Source: the human T2T-CHM13v2.0 reference genome, Homo sapiens | NCBI RefSeq assembly: GCF_009914755.1 | Contig: NC_060926.1 | Reading direction: 5' to 3' (one strand) | Length of the DNA stretch: 64,000 nt | Shown here: in pieces, positions 1 through 13,892 of the stretch | Position numbering within the stretch: position 1 is the stretch's first letter | How the letters are laid out: the number at the start of each line of letters is the position of its first letter | Made by a program: the position numbers and the translations under genes | Notes under the pieces: generated by a model | What the model was told of the DNA's origin: nothing | Database searches by the model: none | The model's input: only the letters and a program-made list of their open reading frames with translations

Positions 1-696
1 CAACAGCTTTAAGAGTTATAGTCGCCATTTTCTTAACCTATGAGTTTTCATTTAATCTGGGAGAGTCATGTTAAACTAATGGTGAACATCCCCCAACATG
101 AATTTCACTTGCACTCTTGACAGTTCAAGATGGCTTTGGGATCAGATATCAGTCACCTGAAAGATATTTGGAATATTTGGGTAAGTTGGTGGCTGGGTGG
201 AGGCAAAGGAAGGAGGAAGGAGAGAATTTCCCAGTACTACTCAAATCACAACATCTAGTTCATTTCCTACATAAGCCCAGACCACGCAGGCAGCACTGCC
301 TGTGGAAGGAAGAAAGAGCCTTGTGTGCTCACTACACAGGCCTGAGGTGCCATGTGACCTTATCTTTGAGCGGTCAGAAGCACGTCAGAAAGGCTTCCAC
401 CATGGCTGGTGAATAAGAGCGCTATAAAACCTGAGAACACAAGACCTAATGACTTAATGGTTTTGGCTCTGCCTTGATTTGCAGGGGCCTGTCTTCTTAC
501 ATAGTCCATGAGCTGTTTCCAACCTGCACTTGATTCCCTTAGTGGGGGGAGAAACAGATGCGCAGTTGGCAAACTGGGAGTCTAATCCAAACATCTAAAC
601 AGCACTGCTTGGAGGAATTCAGGATGGTGTCCAAGAGTAGGAAAGGAAATGTATTTGAGAACAGGGACTCCTAAAGCTTACTTTTGTCCTCTGCAA

Positions 697-719
697 CCCC
701 CCCCCCCACCCCCACCCCC
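697..719 (-). repeat. C-rich tract (G-run, potential G-quadruplex on minus strand)
   Basis: Long C run followed by accccaccccc. Confidence 0.6.
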
Positions 720-1465
720 TCTTATACTGTCTTTGGCATAGCTTAGTCATTAATAGCAGTCATTAGTGGTGAATGACCTGGAAGAAGCAGAAAGTGGGGG
801 TGGGTCGTATGTGGTGAAGATTTTTGGCAGCTAATAAGGAGGCTTTCTGAAGTTGCTTCCCCAGTTGGATGGGATGGAAACTTTTATGAGCTTGAGTCAC
901 ATTCATACAGATAGGGTTTTGTAACTTAGCATTGTGCAAGTTATCTGGAGCTAGAAACCTCTGGGAATTAGATGTCTTTCAATTTCCAGGGTGTAATGTA
1001 TATAAAAGCCTCCTTAGACATGATCTTTCCTCCAAAAAATACCTTTTCCCAAGGATGTCTTGGGAAATTTTATCCCATGTTTACTGAAATGTTTAACTTC
1101 TTATCAGTTGAACCAAGGGTTAGTTTGTATATAAGACACTCAACTGAAAAACCACAGGGCTAGAACTACCCAAGTCCAAAGAGTTTCCCAGGAGGGCAAC
1201 TTCCGGATCCAGACATCAGGCTTCTAAAATCATTTAAAGTTGACATAAAGTGATCCTACTCACAGGTTATAAACAACTTTTTACTTTTAGGCCGTAACAA
1301 TTAGAAACTGTTTATTTTAGTTTTGTAAGTGGATCCATTCAATAGGTTCCACACAGGGCATCTATCCCAATCTCGGCCATCACTCAGACCTCCTTCTTTC
1401 TCCTCTCTGCCCAGCCATATCTCCCAAATTCATCACGACTCCCAACCCCCACCACACACACTCTG

Positions 1466-1664
1466 AAGATGGCCAGATTTACCAAGTGAAAATACAGAAC
1501 ACCTTGTTAAATTTGAATTTCAGGTTAAAAAACCCAAAAATCCTTTCTTTTAGCATTGCTACATTCTATGCAATATTTGAAGCATATTTATACTAAAATA
1601 TTATGTATTGTTTATGTAAAAATTAAATTTAGCTGGACGTCCTATATTTTATCTAGTAATCCTG
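1466..1664. mobile_element. MER53 (hAT-type palindromic MITE)
   Basis: gccagattt...aaaatacagaacaccttgttaaatttgaatttcag ... aaatttagctggacgtcctatattttatctagtaatcc; the two halves are imperfect reverse complements, as in the MER53 consensus. Confidence 0.8.
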
Positions 1665-2249
1665 CCCCTGCTCATACCCTTTACAAAGTATCAACATTTA
1701 TAGTATATTTAAGTTGAAACTGCCTTGTAAGATCAGTTGAGATCATTACAGAAAAATGTATGGTAACATAAAAACTCCTAATACTTGGAACACTTGAAAT
1801 TTTTCAAAGTTTTTGTGGGGGGGGGTGTGGGGGTGTTCTTTCTTTATTCCCTAAGATGCATATAGAGAGTCTAGAAGCCAGTAACTATCTTGAATTAAAT
1901 GGGGATCTTTTAAAGTAACTTCTCTGTTCCAGCAATCCTGTAATATGTTTAAATCTCAGCTTGGCATCCATCCATACCCACAAGTAAAAATATTTTTCTT
2001 TGATCAAGGATACAATGGAAAGGGTGAACATCAAGGGACTCCTTTCTTATCTATATGTAGCTAATCCAGATAAAATCCTGTAAGTTATGAAAAAACAAAC
2101 AATAGCAGAATAGTTTGCCATCTTCAAAATCTGGGAAACAGATTAGGTCTCTAGACTGAGAAAAAACATGCTTATATTTAGCCATGTGCTTTTCCATCAG
2201 AATTGTTGATCAAAAACTGGTACATTTATATGAAACTGTAAAAAAAAAT

Positions 2250-2485
2250 TCAAGCTAATCTAAAGGAAAGGAAAGCAGAGTAATGGCTGCTTGAGGATGG
2301 GATGGGAAGTGGGAAGGGCAGAAGAGAGGGCTTCGCAAGGACATAAGAAAACTTTTCAGCATGATGGATATATGTACCATCTTGATTGTGGTGATGGTTT
2401 CATGGATATACACATATTTCAAAACTTATCAAATTATACCATAAAACATGCAGCTTATTGTATTAACTATACCTCAATAAAGGTG
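2250..2485 (+). mobile_element. Old L1M (L1MD/L1ME-like) 3' end fragment
   Basis: atcttgattgtggtgatggtttcatgg...tcaaaacttatcaaattata...tatacctcaataaag, typical of L1M 3' UTR termini. Confidence 0.75.
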
Positions 2486-2774
2486 ACACAAATTTTAATT
2501 GTTACAAAATAAAACTAACACATGATTAGCTCTATTATAATTTTAAAGAAATTAAGGAGGTCATTTTGCCTATTAGAATGCCTGGAATTAAGAAGCTTTC
2601 TATGAAGGTAAGATGTACGTCTTATTTACCTCAATTGCTAAAACCTCGGGTGCTGGCACAGGTCCTGGTATATAGTAAAGGTACACAGTATATTTTGAAC
2701 AAGTTGTTAAATAGAAGCCATATAATCCCAGAATACAGCACGGAGAAGGGTATGCTGGTTAGGATAGGAAGATG

Positions 2775-3255
2775 TGTTAATTATGTGTGGCTGCTAGGAA
2801 CAGAATACCGACCAGTGGATAAGTCATACAAGTATTTATTCTTCCGTGCAGTAGTAGTTCAGAAATAGGCATTCCAAGGCTGTTGGGTGGCTCTCTCCAA
2901 AAGTGTTAGGAACTCAAGGTTCTTCTATTTTTTCTGCCTCACAACACATGGTTCCCATCCTCAAGGATAACTAATTTTCACAGATGACAGACGGAGTTGC
3001 AGCCATTACAATTGACTTCTAGACTGCAGGAAGGGGGATGGCAACCCCTTTCTGCTAAGACTGTGCCTTTGAAGTGGCCTTATCTGAAGACCCACATGAC
3101 ATTTTTATATTTCATTGGCTGCACTTAATGGCAAGGGAGGGTGGAGAAGGTAGACTAGTTTTCAGATGCCAATGTGTACAAGCGAAGAGCAGGTTTTGGA
3201 AAACAAGGAAGAAGAGAACCGGCATTGGGTAGCCACTAGCTGACCCTACCACAGA
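2775..3255 (-). mobile_element. Old MaLR LTR (MLT1J/K-like)
   Basis: Degenerate matches: gttgcagccattaca...ttctagactgcaggaagg, atttcattggc...gcaagggagggtggagaa. Confidence 0.5.
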
Positions 3256-4708
3256 AGGACTCGATATTACTTTTATGATTACTGTTGCCTTGTTCTTGGA
3301 ATCAAGGTTGAATAGTAATCATTTCAGGTTTATGGAACACTTTTCTAGGTGCCTCTTCTAACTACACAAGTCTTTTATTTCACTGTAAACATTGGTCAGA
3401 CAGCAAGCGGATTGAAAGAAAAGGGGCTATACCTAGAGGAAACTAACAACACTGAATTCCATCTTAAAGACTCTTCTACCAAGCAAGGAATACAGGTCAG
3501 AGGCCATTATAATAAAAAGATTGCCTGGATTCTTTTATTGTGTTGTATTGTATATTTCTTAAGACAAATGGATTATTGTCTAGGGCTCCAAAATCTTTTC
3601 TATATAGAGATTTTTGTCACTAAAGTATTTGTTGTGATGAAATTTGACCTATATTACACTTGTTTACATCTGCTGCCTAATTTCCCTTAGGGCAGTGGTT
3701 TTCAAAATTTTTTAGATGGGGAAAACTTTCATTAGAATAAAATGTTGTGGATGCATACAAATAAATAAAACAGATGTGGCTCTAGGTGAAAGACCATGAG
3801 TAGAAGTAACTCTCAAACCCCACGGCTCATCTAGTCTCCCATCCCCAACCACTTGTGTAGACCACATATGTATATTTGAGCCATGGCTTAAGACCTTGTA
3901 AATGATTTATTTTTAGTAACATTTAAATCCCATGTAGTAAATAATAAGAAACAGTTCTGGAAAATATTTTCCTTCACTAACTCATTTTTTAAGATACAGT
4001 TAAATCTTCCAATTCATACATCAGTTAAGAATTTGAGAATTAATAACAATTTGGTGTTTTTAAATGGTGTCTTGGCTTGAAAAACAGAAGCTAGTCAACC
4101 ACTGAGGTTATGCTATTGTAAGATCTTATTTTAGCATGGAAATACAGATCTTCCCTGCATTATTATAGCACACATTCTTTCATTCTAATGGGAGGAAAAC
4201 ATCTATGCTCATCCGTCATTTAAGAAATAGGATTTCAGAAAGTGGATAGCTTTATTTTATTGTTGTTGTTGTTTCTTTTGTTTCGCTTTGCTTGTCATAT
4301 CCATAACTAAACTTTGTGGAATTCATGAAAAATAAGATCTGAAGTTCTTTATTTAATAAATAAATTGAAAAATAAAAAAATGTTTAGAGAAGATGTATCT
4401 TTGGAAATAAGATTATTTTTAAAATCACACTTTTTTATTATTGTATTGTTGTGAAATAGGGGCCCATGTTTTTTTTTTTTCAAAGGAAAACAAAAAGAAC
4501 ATGGGTATGGATAATTTTAGGAGTCAATTTGGCATTTGCTAAAAACAAATAAGGACTCACCACCTATAGAATTCCGATTATAGTCTAATAGAATGCATAA
4601 CAATGTCTATTTTTGGCTGTGTAAAAGTAATTCTATAAAAGGTTACTTTATATTCTAGTAGATTATTAAACTTACTTGTGTGGTATGCACATCTACATTA
4701 CTGTGTAA

Positions 4709-5340
4709 GTCAGTGGTGTTCAAGGGGACAGTACTGTCCTCACAGATGGCAGTTTAGAAGCATATGGGGGTGCTTGTAGATTGTTAGTGTTTGCAGTGTG
4801 GTACTGGCAACTAGTGAATGGGGGCATGGGTGCTACATGTCCTGTGATGCTCTAGAAAGTCCTTCAAACAACCCATCACCCATGACCTGCAGGACTTGTG
4901 GATGTCCCACTAGACACCTACTCTGTGTTATACATAAATACAAAGTATCTTTTGCATGACTTAAATGTACACTGACACTAAACATTAGCAGGACATTTAA
5001 CTTTATTTTGTTCACAGTTTTATTGAGATCTGTTTCCTATTTGAGAATGTCATGTCACTGAGAGCAGAACCATTTATGGCATGTACTCCACCACCAGCGC
5101 TCTGTGTGTAGCATTTTTAGTGATGATTCAAAGAACAGGTAGAAGCAACTTCTAGGGGACTTCTCTCTGAGCATGACATGCTGAACTAGAGATTATTTTC
5201 TTATGAACTATTTTACGTTCATTGCTCCTTTATATTTGATTATGCATGTTGGCAGCTTACAATTCCTATTTATTTTCTTTCAGGAGAGTAAAAGGGGTTA
5301 TAACAAGGAGATGCTGGTTCTGATACAGTCGAGAGCCACT
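4709..5340. mobile_element. hAT-Charlie element (MER20B-like)
   Basis: Starts cagtggtgttcaa and ends gagagccact (Charlie-type termini); internal gtactggcaactagtgaatgggg...tgctacatgtcctg. Confidence 0.55.
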
Positions 5341-5344
5341 AAGA

Positions 5345-5956
5345 GTTTCACAACCTTGGCACCATTGACATTTTGGGCTGGAATATTCTTTTGTGTTGTT
5401 GTTTTGTTGCTTTTTAAATTTTTTAATTATTTTATTTTTAAAATTTTGTTTTAAATTGACACATAACTGTATATATTTATGGGATACAGTGTGATGTTTG
5501 ATGCACGTATGCGTTCTGCAGTGATCAACTCAGGGTGTTTAGCGTATCCATCGTCTCATACATTTATCATTTCTATGTGGTGAGAACATCCAAACTTCTT
5601 CTAGCTATTTTGAAATATACAATACAATACTGTTAACCACAGTCACCCTAGTGAGCAATAGAACACCAGAACTTATTTTTCCTATATAACTGTAACTTTG
5701 TACCCATTGACTAATCTCTCCCTATCCCCCTCCCCAGCCTCTAGTAACCACTATTCTGCTATTTGGAAAATTCTTTGTCGTGAGGATCTATCCTGTGCAC
5801 TGTGGAATCTTCACCAGTATCCCATGCCTCTACTCACTGGATGCCAGTAGCAGCCTCCTTCCCTGTCCTCCTCAAGTTAAGACAACCAAAAATGTCTTAT
5901 AACATTGCCAAATTGTCCCTTGGGAGACAACATAGACTGTGGTTGAGCATCAGTGA
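5345..5956. mobile_element. MER20 (hAT-Charlie), interrupted by an L1MA fragment
   Basis: caaccttggcaccattgacattttgggctgga ... ctatcctgtgcactgt...ctctactcactggatgccagtagca...acaaccaaaaatgtct...cattgccaaa. Confidence 0.85.
5392..5763 (-). mobile_element. L1MA (L1MA8/9-like) 3' end, 5'-truncated, with TSD
   Basis: T-rich tail, then attgacacataactgtatatatttatgggatacagtgtgatgttt; flanked by tggaatattcttt (5379-5391) and tggaaaattcttt (5764-5776). Confidence 0.85.
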
Positions 5957-6169
5957 ACTAGTATGAGAGACAATAAGAATTCTAGAATTGTCAGATGTGC
6001 TCCTTTTTTCATTCCACCGTTACATATTGCTGAAAGCCTTTGCTATGTTCTTTGAAATTGCTGCTCATGGTTACATGGTGAACCCCAATATCCTAGTTTC
6101 CTTCAGTAGCCAATCATGACCGTACTAGCTTATTTCAAACCTTTTGGACATCTGTTTTAGGAGGAAGGA

Positions 6170-6330
6170 CATTGAACTTGGAAGATCTGCATGTTAGCCC
6201 AGGTTTTCCATAACCTACTTGTGTGACCTTGGGCAAATCCTTTCATGACTCTGGGCTGCAACTGCATCTGCATAAAGTGAAGGGTTGGGTTAGATAATCT
6301 GAAGTGCCTTCGGTTCTGAAAGGTTTTAAT
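6170..6330 (+). mobile_element. MIR SINE fragment
   Basis: tgtgtgaccttgggcaaatcc...ctctgggc...catctgcataaagtga (MIR core). Confidence 0.65.
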
Positions 6331-7089
6331 TCATTTCTCTCTGACTCACCTCTTTAAAAATCTGTTCAATTGTTGTCAATTCTATATGCAATTTGGCAAG
6401 AGACACCTCAAACATACTAATAAAGTACAAATTGAGTTTAAAAACATTGACGTTAATTTAAAAATTATCATTCAGAGGATTTTTAAGTAGCCCAACTGAA
6501 GTTAGAAAAACAGATTAATTGCTGCTTAACAGAATCTAAATTAGTTTTAAACTCTTGTTTGTAAGAACCCGGCTCAGAAATCGAGGAAACAAAGTCTCGT
6601 TGGCATAATAACAAAGGAATATACCTGGACCATCTTGGGAAGCAGAGTGAGCCAATAATTTGGCCATAATCAGGATGATGAGGAACAGAAAACCTGCGGA
6701 CTTAAAATGAAAGTAGTATCTATATCAATGACTCTACCTCTAAAAGGCCAAACCACATGGATGACAGATGAAAAAGCAAGCAAGTCATAAGCTTTTTCTC
6801 CCACATAGCTAAATACTTGGATATTTAGAGATATAGAGCTTACAAATAATTGGCTGAAATTTCATTTTTTTTCCAGTAGCTTCGACATAAGAAAGATAAG
6901 GCTGACTTATCCCTCTTAGATATGGAGACAACAGGCACCTCCAAATCTAAGAGGTTTCAATGATGGATATTCCCTATTTTCTCTTTCCTCAGCTATCAGT
7001 AGGTCCTGAAGGCAGTCTATTGGTCAATGGTGATAACTGTGAATCAAATGCCAAACTAAAAAAAGCATTGCAATCCTGTTGAAGGAGAA

Positions 7090-7280
7090 AGAAACTTACT
7101 AAAAACCTACTGTATGTCAGGCATACATTAACTCTAATCCTCAGAATGCCTTGCAGGGTCAGCATTGTCATTCCCATTTTCAGATGAAGAAACTGAGTCT
7201 TTGAGATGACTTACCCAAATTTACTTAACTCCTAATGGGAGCCTGAATCTTTCTGGTTCCTGTGTCCACACTCTTTCCAA
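7090..7280 (-). mobile_element. MIR SINE fragment
   Basis: attcccattttcagatgaagaaactgag (MIR core, reverse orientation). Confidence 0.7.
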
Positions 7281-8399
7281 TGAGCACTCTTTCATGTCCA
7301 AACTCTTTGAAGTAAGGGTCTATACTAAGAGACCTTTAGGTTAGCTAAGGGTGGTTCCAGGGTTAGAATTGTTATATGGCCAACCTCTGGTCAAGACACA
7401 GTTGAAAGTTTGTAAAGTTTGGGCAACTTGTGTTTGGTTCTTCTTTTTTTCTCTCTCTCTTTCCCCTTTCTTCATTCTTTGCCCACTTGAAGATCAAACT
7501 CTACTCCTGGCATCAGTATCTCCAGACTGCTTTCTAGATGCTCATGAGTTCCATAGCACCATATCTTATCAGAACAGTTCTCATGGACTCCTTCCTGACT
7601 TACTTGTCCCAAATTTCATTTTCTTAAGACTCTGCTCTCTGCTGGGTGGTGATGTGTGGTCATGGCTTTGCAGACACAGCAGCCTTCTGCTGGGTTAGTT
7701 AACTAGCCTTCCAAGAGACCAGACATTTTAACTGAGATAAAAATCCACCCAAGAGCATTAGAGAGAGCTTGGAGTAATGCTGCAGATATCAGGCACTAGG
7801 GTCTTGAGGATTAAGTAGCAAGGTCACCTCTTTAACAGGGCTATCAACATTTTAATGGGGATTAAAGCCCTGAGCTCAAGTGGTAAAACTGATAAGACAT
7901 TTCAGGATAGTGATTTTAAGAAGGGCAATAAAAGAACAACTAGGCCTTTCTGGGTCTCTTAAAATTTATCCTCTACTAGACCAAATTCTTCCTGATGATA
8001 AACCAATTTTTGATCAAGACAGTAAATGTCTGGGTGCATATGTCTAAGTTGGCTTAATTGGAACACACAAAAAAGGGAACTTTAATGTTTCAGTAATAAA
8101 GAATTCCAGCAGGACCAAAATAGCAACAACTATTTGTTAGTTAGACTAGGCTCCATGTGATCCCAGCCTCTGCATGATAAAGATATCAATGATTTCATTG
8201 TACTCAAAGAGTTTCTATTAATTAATCAATCATCCAATGCTTTCTGAGCACTTGCTGTGTCCAAGGCCTTGTGCTGGGGTGGAGATAAAGGGTCTTGCTA
8301 ACATACGAAGGGCTTAAAGTAATTGAATATATTCACAAAACCATGTAATTTAATGTGAGGTTTTGCAGCAGGACATGGAATTGATATATGTATTATATA

Positions 8400-8990
8400 C
8401 TCATTTATTAGTTTATTCATTTGACAAAATTTATATGAAGGCAGAATATTCCAGGTACCATGCTAGACCTTGGGAGATATCACTGAGAAACAGAGGCAGT
8501 CTGAACTCCAAGGGCCAATATTTTGATAAAGAACACAGGTACAGTATGATGCTTCCAGTAAAATGGGATTAGGACTATGAAAAATCAGTTATCCCGGCAA
8601 GTTTTACCATGAAAGCACACAGGTCGATGGCTAGACCTTGTCTTGAGGTGATAACAAAAGCATTCTGGAGGAGGAGATGCCCAAGGGAGACCTGGTGGAT
8701 AAGGAGTGAGCCAGGCCAAATGTGGAGGGGAGGGGGCAAGAAGGAAGGAGGGAACAGCATGTACAAGGACTGGAAACAAGAGAGGCTGGCCAAGCGTGGG
8801 ACAGTCAATAGCTCAGTATGGTAAGGAGTTAGAATTTAAGACATGCAAATTGTGGAGGATGTAAGTGGAGAGGGAAAGAAAGGCTGATTCATGAAGATAG
8901 TTGAATTCATGCCAGGGTGTTTAGATGTTATTTTGGGGACAATGGCAAATCACAGATGAATTTTAACTATGGCAGCCATTTCAATCATTA
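8400..8990 (-). mobile_element. L2 LINE fragment
   Basis: tcatttattagtttattcatttgacaaaatttat...ccaggtaccatgctag...agggaacagcatgtacaaggactgga. Confidence 0.6.
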
Positions 8991-11900
8991 TAATGTGGTA
9001 TATATGGGAAAACAAAGTAATTTTGCTTCTCTGGAAAACATAGTAGGCTAACAGAAATGCCTGAAGCTAATAACCAAACTATCTTGAAGATTTTGACTTA
9101 TCTGTGGTGGTAATTGTGGCATGAAGTGTTCAGAAGTGTTTTTTGTTCTTTCCATGGATCTCTCTTTAGTGAGATTCCTTAGGAAATAAATAAAAGACAT
9201 TTTTGAATAAGAAGTTAGTAAAAGTCATAAAGGACTAGAGTTAGAGTAGATATTGTGCAGCTGTGTCTGGCTGAAGCCAGAAAGTGAAAATTAAGCAGCT
9301 GACACATATCTCCTTATAACTTTCATTGAGCAGACAACCTCCCCTCACCCCCACCACTCCTGTCTTACTCTATGTACATTTTTTAATGTGAAAACGATTA
9401 AAAAATGTTCTAAAGTTAATAAAATATACAACTTGACCTGGTTAATCTGAACCAGTTTGCAAACTCCCTTTATATTTGGATAAAAAAATAAACCTTCAGA
9501 TTAACAAACTCTTGGCAAATTCCCTGCCTCTCATGTTAGTGAATTCTTTACTAGTTACATTTCCGGCTCCCCAGACATGGGGATGAATTAAGCCTGGAAA
9601 AACCAGGCAGGGCTGTAATTACATTAAGCATTTTTTTTTTTTTTGCAATAAGAAAAAGTGTGTCAGAGCATAAAGATATCCTTAAGGTGACATTTGCTTT
9701 GACCTGCCAAGTTTTGGACTATGCCCCAGGTTCTTGGATCCAATAATAGAGAACATTTAGCCAAAGACACTTTCTACCTTTCTGATCATTACAGATTTTT
9801 TCATTAATGTAAGTGATAATGCTCCTGGCTAGAAAAATTGAAGGGTAGAGGTGGGTGTTTCAGAGAAAGCTGGAAGAACCTGAGTTGACCCAAGTTTTCA
9901 GACTCCAGCTTTAAAGTTGCTTGAGAAACCAGGGTCTGGTGAACAAGTGAGGGAAAGTGCATTAGGGAAAGAGTTGTCATCCTCAAATTGGAGAGCAGTC
10001 AGATGTCCCTCTTATTTCCTCGCTAACATCCTTCCAAATTTTCCCCATGACTTAACTTTTTCCAGAGGCCTTTCCTGACGAATCTACTTCCATCTTATTT
10101 ATTTTCATAGGGTTATTCCAATTGGAACGATACAATATTGCTTTCAACTTGGTTTATATTGCTACTTAGGTTTTGTTTTTCTTTTTCTATGTTGGCTCCG
10201 CATCTTCTGCCTTGCTCTTGGCACTGCTCAATGCTATCTATACAATATGTGCTTAATACTTTGTTGAGGGCATTATGAAAGAACTTAATGCTCAGAAAGA
10301 GAAAATGTAGAAAGCCAGCACCCAACCACCTTGCAGGAAATTTTCCCTGCATAATCACATTTATTACTCTCATAAAATATAACACTATCTTTATTACTAT
10401 TGTCAGTAAAAGAAAGCCTCTAATGTATACCTTTCCTACCACACCTCACACACTTAACTATTAAGGGAATTCTAAATAGAGGCATGGAAAGACATGGAAA
10501 AGGCCAAATTCTTCCAGTGGGAGCCAAATGACCTGGAGTGTGGAAGTTTGATTCTGAACTTAAAGTAGTCTGGGAAAGCATAAACCTTGATATCTGAAAT
10601 GTGACCCAGTGGCCCCTCCAGTGTTTTGAAATGGAGTCCTTGTTTTAAAATCTTCCCCTAGTCCTTCTTTGAGGAAAAGTAGTCTGAAGCTTACTTTCAA
10701 AGCCCTTAAGTGTAAAAATAAACAAGCATTCGGTCAATAGGGCCCCTGATGCCTTGCTATACCACAACACATTTTTGAGTCATAAATCATGAATCTGACA
10801 GGTCTATGATGATGCATTGTGTTAATACATCATAATGACAATACTGACAATGTATTAGTGCAATATATCCTGAAAGCCTATCTCTTTAGAATTCTGTGTT
10901 TATAGATAGCAAAGGAAGGATTTGAGGTGGTGAAACTGAGAAAGAGAGAGGCACATGGGAGGGTCAAGAATGACGATCATCTTTTTTTTCTGACAAAGCA
11001 AGAGCCAGAAAGGGAAATCAAATTTCCATCTCTTGGGCACTAATGCCTTCTGTTTCTCAGTAGTTGTGTCATGTATGCAACTCCTGGAGGTGTATACTCT
11101 ACTGAATCTAGGTAATACAACTAGGTGTTGGCAGAGCCAGACTGGATGCAGACTTCTGAGTTTCAGCCACACTTCCTAAGACCTCCAAGCTTTAGGATGA
11201 ATGAAATATATCCTAGGTACATGAAACTCTGTTCTAGATGAACCCATTGACCAAATGTTTTGGTTATGTTTGCACATGCTGGTGTGTGCTAATGTTTACA
11301 GTCCTTAGCAATGAGTGGCCTTTTCTTCCTAGGCTTCTGCTAAATGATGGAGTTTGATGCAGAGCCTAGGAATGGTAATGCAATCATTTCATTTGTTGGG
11401 CATTCACTGTTAGAATAGTTTGGGCCCAGTGTTTATTACACCTGGCCCATCAGACCAAGCTAAGTGTTAATCACATATCTGCTTCTTTTGCAAACCAATT
11501 GATCAGGGCTCTTTGCTTTTTTTTCAGGAGAATATTTGACAATGATAAAAACAGTCCTTAAGTTTAGCTTATGGTCTTGCCTATAAAATAAATGAATAAT
11601 ATGGCTATTGTGCCATCTTTGCAATGGAAACAACTGGAAAAATTGCATGCTGTTTGTGAAAGAAACCTCCTGTATATCATACCTATCAAATTTTCAATTG
11701 TCTGTCACTTCCAGTTAATTCATAATTGGCTTTGACATTCTTCATTTAATTCATTGCAATTCAATTTTAAGACCTCCAAAAACAAACAACAATGAACATA
11801 CAAACAAAAAACAAAGGAAAATAAAGAAAGAAGTTAAGTAGAGCGACAAAAGTTATTCATTTAGAAGTGCAATGATCATACTGAGGGAGAGAAGGAAATT

Positions 11901-13709
11901 CAGTGGAATTGACATGTCTATGATTAGGAGATAGGCTGAGACTTATTTTTGTATCACTGAAGAGTAAACTAAAGTTTAAATTAGATTATGCAATGGCTGG
12001 TTATTTATAGGCACACATATTGAAGTAAATCTGTATATAAGGACAAGCATCTTACTTTAAAATTCAAATTACAAATAAGTTTACTGAAATACACAAATAA
12101 GTACATTCTTGAAATTAGCAAAATTGCTTTTCTTCTTCAACCAATTCTGTAATTCAGATTTTGCCAATGATGGTAAGTGTCTACATGGTATAAGCGAAAG
12201 TTTGATGCATATGGAAGTCAAGCAAGAAAGTAGGCAGTTCTTACCTGTTAGCATTTTGACACTATACTGTCATATTTTGTGAGTGTATATTTTTCTACAT
12301 AGAGCCTATTTCTATGGACTTGCAAATAGTCTGTTTCTTCATAGACTTGCTATACAGATGTGGGTAAAGATTTTTTACATCTTCCATACTATATCTGTAT
12401 TTCCAAAGTGTGGACCCTTGATGCCTGTCTATTGGCGATGTCGGTGTTTGCTGATATAATCCATTTCTGATGTCTTGACTTCCTCACCGTCCCCACCTCC
12501 AAAATTGAGATTTGCAATGTTTTGAGAACATTCAATGAAAATTAATAATAGATGCCTTTATGGAGATAAACAGTTTTCAGGACCAGATTATATACTTAAA
12601 AATACTCACAGATATTTTCTATTCAGCCAGTTTCTACCAGTAAGTGTGGCAGCCTGGGGTAGGAGGAACTTTATTACCTCCCACTGAGTGCTAGGGGACC
12701 ATTAGGTAAATAACTGACTCTCCCTCAATGGCTGTCTTGCAACCAGATGGAGTGAGTATCTACAGAGGGACATTTACTCCTAGAGCTCACCAACTATGGC
12801 TCACTCCCGCCTGAGCAGGCTCCACTGACCATCAACTTTGATGGTTATCGCTGTCCAAAGAATTTTAAGGTTGCTGTAGAGAATAATGACAAAACCCATG
12901 GGTCCTGTGGCAAGACTCCAGAACTTTGAAGGTCCTCAGCTCTCTGACCAGTGGGCTTGTGGTAATATTTGTTGCTCTTGGCCTTGGAGTCAATTTGTTC
13001 CACACCCAAATGAGCATCTGGAGAAAGTATGACTTCTAAGAACTGTTCCCAGAGGCCATATCTGTCTCTCCATTACCAGAATAAAAATAGCCCTGGCTAC
13101 TCCAACATACCCAGCTAATGAAAAGCTGTCTTATTTAACCCAGCCAGCTTACACCAATGACCTATAGGTCGACTTTCTCCTGCCTGCTTACATTTCCCAC
13201 CAAATCGAGAGCATAGAGGACTGAAACATCTGTCTAAAAAATTCTCCTTGTTGTCATTCCCCAGGATTTATACATCATTTTGCTCTTATAAATCTACAAG
13301 GTATTAATGCATGAGACCCCGGGGAGGATACATGGACAGACATGGAGAAAAGCTTTCCTTTCCTGCTCCAGGGCCACCGACCTCTTAGGGCCTCACTTTC
13401 CTTGTTTGTACAATGAAAATTTGTATTCAATGAAAATTAAGGCATGTCAAGCTATATCTTATGCTTAGGGTATATCATTATAACATTTAATAGTAAAGTG
13501 AAAAAACATGTACTATACTATCACAATTACAGCTTTGAGGCCTACAGGTTTTTCTGCAGTTGGTGCAGGTTAAACCTGCACTCTATAGTGAGATAACAAA
13601 TCCTTTTTTTTCCAACCACTATCAGAAACATATTCCAAGGCACTCAGACCCTAAGCAGGTCCCCTCACACCAAATTTCCCCAAGCTGTCCAAACCGAAGT
13701 TTGTACAAT

Positions 13710-13892
13710 GCTGCAGGGAAATTAGGATGGGGAAAATGATTCAAAATAGTGAGACACGCGAGAGGAGGAAAATCACATGTCAATGTATAGCAGCCGGCGT
13801 TCATTGTTTCACCTGAATTTAGAGTTGGGATGGGAGAGAAAATGGTGATTAAGGGTTTGTTCTTTGTGTGTGTTCTGAGGTGGTGGTATGGG
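13710..13892 (+). repeat. Left arm of 183-bp inverted repeat
   Basis: Hand alignment to the reverse complement of 15034-15216 gives 175/183 identity with no gaps; the ORF track shows the same peptide on opposite strands (HTKNKPLIT.FSPIPTLNSGETMNA). Confidence 0.97.
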
